64,000 nt of DNA, taken from the NCBI GenBank assembly GCA_051531975.1, contig JAOPTT010000002.1, positions 313,968 through 377,967 on the forward strand, in the 5' to 3' direction. The notes under the pieces are model-generated. The model searched no databases, had not been told where the DNA came from, and saw only the letters and a list, made by a program, of their open reading frames with translations. Position 1 is the stretch's first letter. Every line of letters starts with the position of its first letter. The position numbers and the translations under genes were made by a program. Positions 60,174 to 64,000 of the stretch are shown here, piece by piece. Source of the stretch: Spirochaetaceae bacterium. GTDB lineage: Bacteria; Spirochaetota; Spirochaetia; DSM-2461.

Positions 60174-61130
60174 ATGACTAGAAAGAGAGAGATAATTATA
60201 CAAAATGAAGAAGTTGGAGAAGTCTTATTAAACTGGCTAACTAGGCGTTATACATATCATGATAAAGATAAATGGGAACAGTATATAAATGAAGAAAGAA
60301 TACTTATAAATGGATCAAAAGTAAAACCGCGAACTCTTTTACAAAAGAATGATATTGTAATCTATTATCCAGAGCCAATTATAGAGCCACCTGTAGATTT
60401 TAATTACAAAACTATTTACGAAGATGATGATCTTTTAGTTATAAATAAACCATGTGATCTACCATGCCATCCTGGTGGAATATATTTTGAAAATACATTG
60501 TGGCATTTATTAAAACAGAAATACCCCTACATATCTCTAGTAAATAGGCTAGATAGAGAGACCTCAGGCGTTATGTTAATTGCAAAGACAAAAGAAAGTG
60601 CAAAGTTCTACTTTAATAAGATGATGGAAAGAGAGATAGAAAAAGAGTATATAGTATTAGTCCACGGAGATATAAACCATGAGTTAGATGCTAAAGGTTG
60701 GCTTTTGCCTGATAGTGATAGTGTCATTAGAAAAAAAAGAAAATTCGTTCTTGATCATGAAGCAGCACAACCTGAAGGTGAAGGTGATAAAGAGAGACAA
60801 TTCTGCCATAGTAAGTTCTACCCTCTTATATCAGAAAATGGATTAACTCTACTAAAATGCCAACTATTAACTGGCCGAACACACCAGATTAGAGCAACTA
60901 TATGCAGTTTAGGATTTCCAGTTGTGGGAGATAAAATATACGGACTTGATGATAGTTATTTTTTTAAATTTATTAACGATGAATTAACTTCAGAGGATTG
61001 GTTTAAACTTAAGTTAAAAAATCAAAGTTTACACAGTTATAAAACAACTATCCCAATGATTGACGGAAAAATAAGATCTTATATCGCTTCTGCTCCTTTA
61101 AATTGGCCAATAACAATAAATAATGAATAA
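60174..61130 (+). CDS. RluA family pseudouridine synthase
   Basis: S4-like N-terminus, INKP...HP, NRLDRETSG, TGRTHQIR, GFPVVGDKIYG. Confidence 0.94.
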   Translation: MTRKREIIIQNEEVGEVLLNWLTRRYTYHDKDKWEQYINEERILINGSKVKPRTLLQKNDIVIYYPEPIIEPPVDFNYKTIYEDDDLLVINKPCDLPCHPGGIYFENTLWHLLKQKYPYISLVNRLDRETSGVMLIAKTKESAKFYFNKMMEREIEKEYIVLVHGDINHELDAKGWLLPDSDSVIRKKRKFVLDHEAAQPEGEGDKERQFCHSKFYPLISENGLTLLKCQLLTGRTHQIRATICSLGFPVVGDKIYGLDDSYFFKFINDELTSEDWFKLKLKNQSLHSYKTTIPMIDGKIRSYIASAPLNWPITINNE

Positions 61131-61170
61131 AAAAGTTGTAACAACACAATTTATTTCCTATAGTTAAATA

Positions 61171-62763
61171 GTGAAGCTACAAACTAAGATTATTACAACT
61201 GTAATAATTATCTCTATAAGTATAAATTCTCTATTTCAGTATAACGATGTGCGATTAAAAAGAAAAACAGCGCTAGAAAACCTCAATATAAAGATCCAAA
61301 AAACAAGTGATCTGTTAAGTAATGTAAATTCAGGACCACTGTTTTATTACGATGTAACATTGATAGAGACAAATATTTACTCATTTTTAAAAGACTCTGA
61401 AATTAGGTCGATCCATGTATTAGAGGAAAGTGGAGAGATCGATATACACAGAGAAAATGAAACTATTAGTGGTTTAGATTTAATTGAAGTAGAGACAGAT
61501 GTTTATTACGAGGAAGATAAGGTAGGTAGAATTATTACCACATATACTAAGGATATTATTAACAAAAAAATTGCAGACTCAGTGAAATACTCAATTATTA
61601 CACTAATAGCAACCTCATTATTAATATCTATATTTCTTTTAGTTATATTAAGAAAAATAACTAAGCCAATAGCAGAACTAACAGAACTAACATATGAGAT
61701 AAGTAACGGTCATTTAGACAAAGAGATAAAAATATTTAGTTCCGATGAAATTGGAAACCTTGCTAAAAGTTTTATTCGAATGCGTGACTCAATCAAACAA
61801 CAAATTCTATTTTTAAAAATAGAAAATGATGAGAGAAAAAAGGCCGAAATAGAATTATTAGTAAAAACAGAAGAACTTGCAGAAGCAAATAATGAGCTAA
61901 CAGAACACAGAGTAAACCTAGAAGAACTAATAAATAAAAGAACTTTCCAATTACAAGAATCATTAACTAATCTTGAGAAAACTCAATACCAGCTAGTTGA
62001 ATCTGAAAAGATGGCATCTTTAGGAAATTTAGTAGCAGGTGTAGCACACGAAATAAATACTCCTATAGGTATTGGAGTAACAGCAGCATCCCACTTAGAA
62101 CATGAAACAAAAGAATTTCTTAAAGCATATGAGAAAAATGAAATATCCAGAAGTTTGTTAGAGAGGTTCTCAGTTATGGTTGGTGAAAGTTCTAAAATGA
62201 TCCTATCAAATATGTTAAGAGCTGCAAGTTTAATACAGAGTTTCAAGAAAGTAGCAGTTGACCAATCAAGCGAAGAGATCAGATCATTTATGATAAAAGA
62301 GTACATTGATGAAGTATTTATGAGTATACACTCTAAATTTAAAAATACTTCTATTGAGATAGTGATTGAATGTGAGGAAGATTTTAGTATTACAAGTTAT
62401 CCTGGAGCTTTGTCACAAGTAATAACTAATCTTTCAATAAATTCATTACAACATGGTTTTGAGAATATAAAAGAAGGTAAGATTGAAGTTAAAATATTCA
62501 AAGATGATGAGACTGCAAAAATAGAATATTCCGATACGGGTTGTGGGATCTCTGAGGATAATATTAAACAACTCTTTGAGCCATTTTTTACTACCAAAAG
62601 AGGCCAAGGTGGTAGTGGTTTAGGAATGAATATAGTTTATAACCTAATTAACCAAACACTAAGAGGTTCTGTCGAGTGTAGTAGTAAACTTGGAGTAGGA
62701 ACTAAATTTAAAATAAACTTCCCTATAAAAATTGATAATTTAAAAAGGAGATACAATGTTTGA
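61171..62763 (+). CDS. Membrane HAMP sensor histidine kinase
   Basis: Two TM segments, HAMP (DEIGNLAKSF), H-box GVAHEINTP, DTGCGI, FFTTK, GSGLG; TTGTAA-17-TATAGT promoter. Confidence 0.95.
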   Translation: MKLQTKIITTVIIISISINSLFQYNDVRLKRKTALENLNIKIQKTSDLLSNVNSGPLFYYDVTLIETNIYSFLKDSEIRSIHVLEESGEIDIHRENETISGLDLIEVETDVYYEEDKVGRIITTYTKDIINKKIADSVKYSIITLIATSLLISIFLLVILRKITKPIAELTELTYEISNGHLDKEIKIFSSDEIGNLAKSFIRMRDSIKQQILFLKIENDERKKAEIELLVKTEELAEANNELTEHRVNLEELINKRTFQLQESLTNLEKTQYQLVESEKMASLGNLVAGVAHEINTPIGIGVTAASHLEHETKEFLKAYEKNEISRSLLERFSVMVGESSKMILSNMLRAASLIQSFKKVAVDQSSEEIRSFMIKEYIDEVFMSIHSKFKNTSIEIVIECEEDFSITSYPGALSQVITNLSINSLQHGFENIKEGKIEVKIFKDDETAKIEYSDTGCGISEDNIKQLFEPFFTTKRGQGGSGLGMNIVYNLINQTLRGSVECSSKLGVGTKFKINFPIKIDNLKRRYNV

Positions 62764-64000
62764 AGATGATGACTTACTAATATTTACAGATGATAATATT
62801 ATCCCAAATGACGACATAGTTATTGAACCATGGAGAGTACTTATTGTTGATGATGAGATAGATATACATACCTTAACAAAAATGGTTTTAAAAGGTTTTA
62901 CATTTGAAAATAGGCCTTTAGAGATAAATAGTGTATATTCAGGTGCCGAGGCCATCGAGTTTCTAAAAATAGAGTCGGATATCGCTATTATTTTGTTAGA
63001 TGTTGTAATGGAAACAGAGGATGCTGGTCTTAGATGTGTAAAGATAATACGTGAAGAATTACAAAATCTAGAAACAAGAATTATTTTAAGGACTGGTCAA
63101 CCAGGACAAGCTCCAGAACAACAAATAATAGTTAATTATGACATAAATGACTATAAAGCTAAAACAGAATTAACAGCTTCTAAGCTCTTTACAACAATTA
63201 CTTCTTCATTAAGATCATACCAATATATTCAGACTATAAACCAAAATAAAATCGGACTTGAGAATATTATTGCTGCATCTAGTTTCTTATTTGAAGTTCA
63301 GTCATTCAGTCTCTTTGCTAAGGGTATTTTAAAGCAATTAACAGCTATTTTGAGTTTAGATAAAGATGCTTTATACATAAATTCCTCAAGTTTTTCTGCA
63401 TTTAAAGAGGCCGAGAAACCACAATATAGTATTCTGGCAGGAACGGGATCTTTTGCAAATCATGAAAAGAAAATTGTAGAAGATGTTTTATCTACAAGTA
63501 TTCAACAAAGGCTACAAAATGCTGTAGATAGACATGAAAGTATATTTGATGAAAATACATACACAGGTTATTTTGAAACCGTAAAAGGAGAACACACTTT
63601 ACTATATCTTCAGTGGCAAAGACCACTTACAGATGTAGATAAACATCTTATATCTATATTTGCAACTAATGTCGCTGCAGCATTTGAAAATATATCATTA
63701 CATAATGACATGTCTGAAGCTCAAAGAGAAATAGTTTATACCTTATCTGAAGTAATTGAAGGATTATCTAGTAATACTCCTTGCCATATAAAAAGTGTAA
63801 CCGATATTTCTTGTATTATTGCTCAGAAGCTAAAGTTAAGTGATCACGATATAGAAAACCTTAAAATGGCCGCTCCACTATATGATATTGGTAAAATTGC
63901 TGTTCCAAAATCAATTTTAATAAAACCAGGAGCTCTAACACCAGAAGAACGGGAAATTATGGAAAACCATACAAATAAAGGTTTTGAAGTATTTTCCGGT
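62756..64000 (+). CDS. Response regulator REC-DUF3369-HD-GYP with a degenerate HD motif; 3' end runs off the window
   Basis: Not in the ORF track. ATG 62756 has an AGGAG SD. Translation gives WRVLIVDDE, LLDVVMETEDAGL, RIILRTGQPGQAPE, YDINDYKAK, then AAPLYDIGKIAVPKSILIKPGALT. Confidence 0.92.
   Translation, partial: MFEDDDLLIFTDDNIIPNDDIVIEPWRVLIVDDEIDIHTLTKMVLKGFTFENRPLEINSVYSGAEAIEFLKIESDIAIILLDVVMETEDAGLRCVKIIREELQNLETRIILRTGQPGQAPEQQIIVNYDINDYKAKTELTASKLFTTITSSLRSYQYIQTINQNKIGLENIIAASSFLFEVQSFSLFAKGILKQLTAILSLDKDALYINSSSFSAFKEAEKPQYSILAGTGSFANHEKKIVEDVLSTSIQQRLQNAVDRHESIFDENTYTGYFETVKGEHTLLYLQWQRPLTDVDKHLISIFATNVAAAFENISLHNDMSEAQREIVYTLSEVIEGLSSNTPCHIKSVTDISCIIAQKLKLSDHDIENLKMAAPLYDIGKIAVPKSILIKPGALTPEEREIMENHTNKGFEVFSG

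Overview
AT-rich (roughly 30% GC by eye), densely coding chromosomal backbone from a free-living spirochaete. The assignment rests on a FlcA-like flagellar collar protein, an Msp/Tpr-like outer sheath protein, a BB0323-like LysM lipoprotein and a stand-alone rpsD. About 55 CDS are present. Housekeeping and metabolism: hflX, hom, glgP, ssb, ilvE, proS, eno, radC, rpsD, ilvD, an RluA-family enzyme and a U32-family protein. Signalling: two GGDEF proteins, a PilZ-like protein, an Hpt protein, and a histidine kinase with a REC-DUF3369-HD-GYP partner whose HD motif is degenerate. There are also several envelope and transport genes. I found no rRNA, complete tRNA, CRISPR array, transposase or phage genes. 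Most notable observations: (1) a five-gene LolD/LolC/LolE/LolA-like/beta-barrel trans-envelope operon in which an inner-membrane permease loop and the barrel N-terminal tail share an FDFD[SD]MF[SG]EE motif; (2) about 13 genes whose -10 box ends exactly 6 nt before the start codon, implying widespread leaderless mRNA; (3) a helically phased repeat and poly-G array upstream of an outer-membrane protein gene; (4) a divergent ProRS translationally coupled to a UPF0158-GNAT fusion; (5) an IS150-like terminal repeat remnant apparently reused as a terminator. All family names come from motif recognition by eye, with no database searches.
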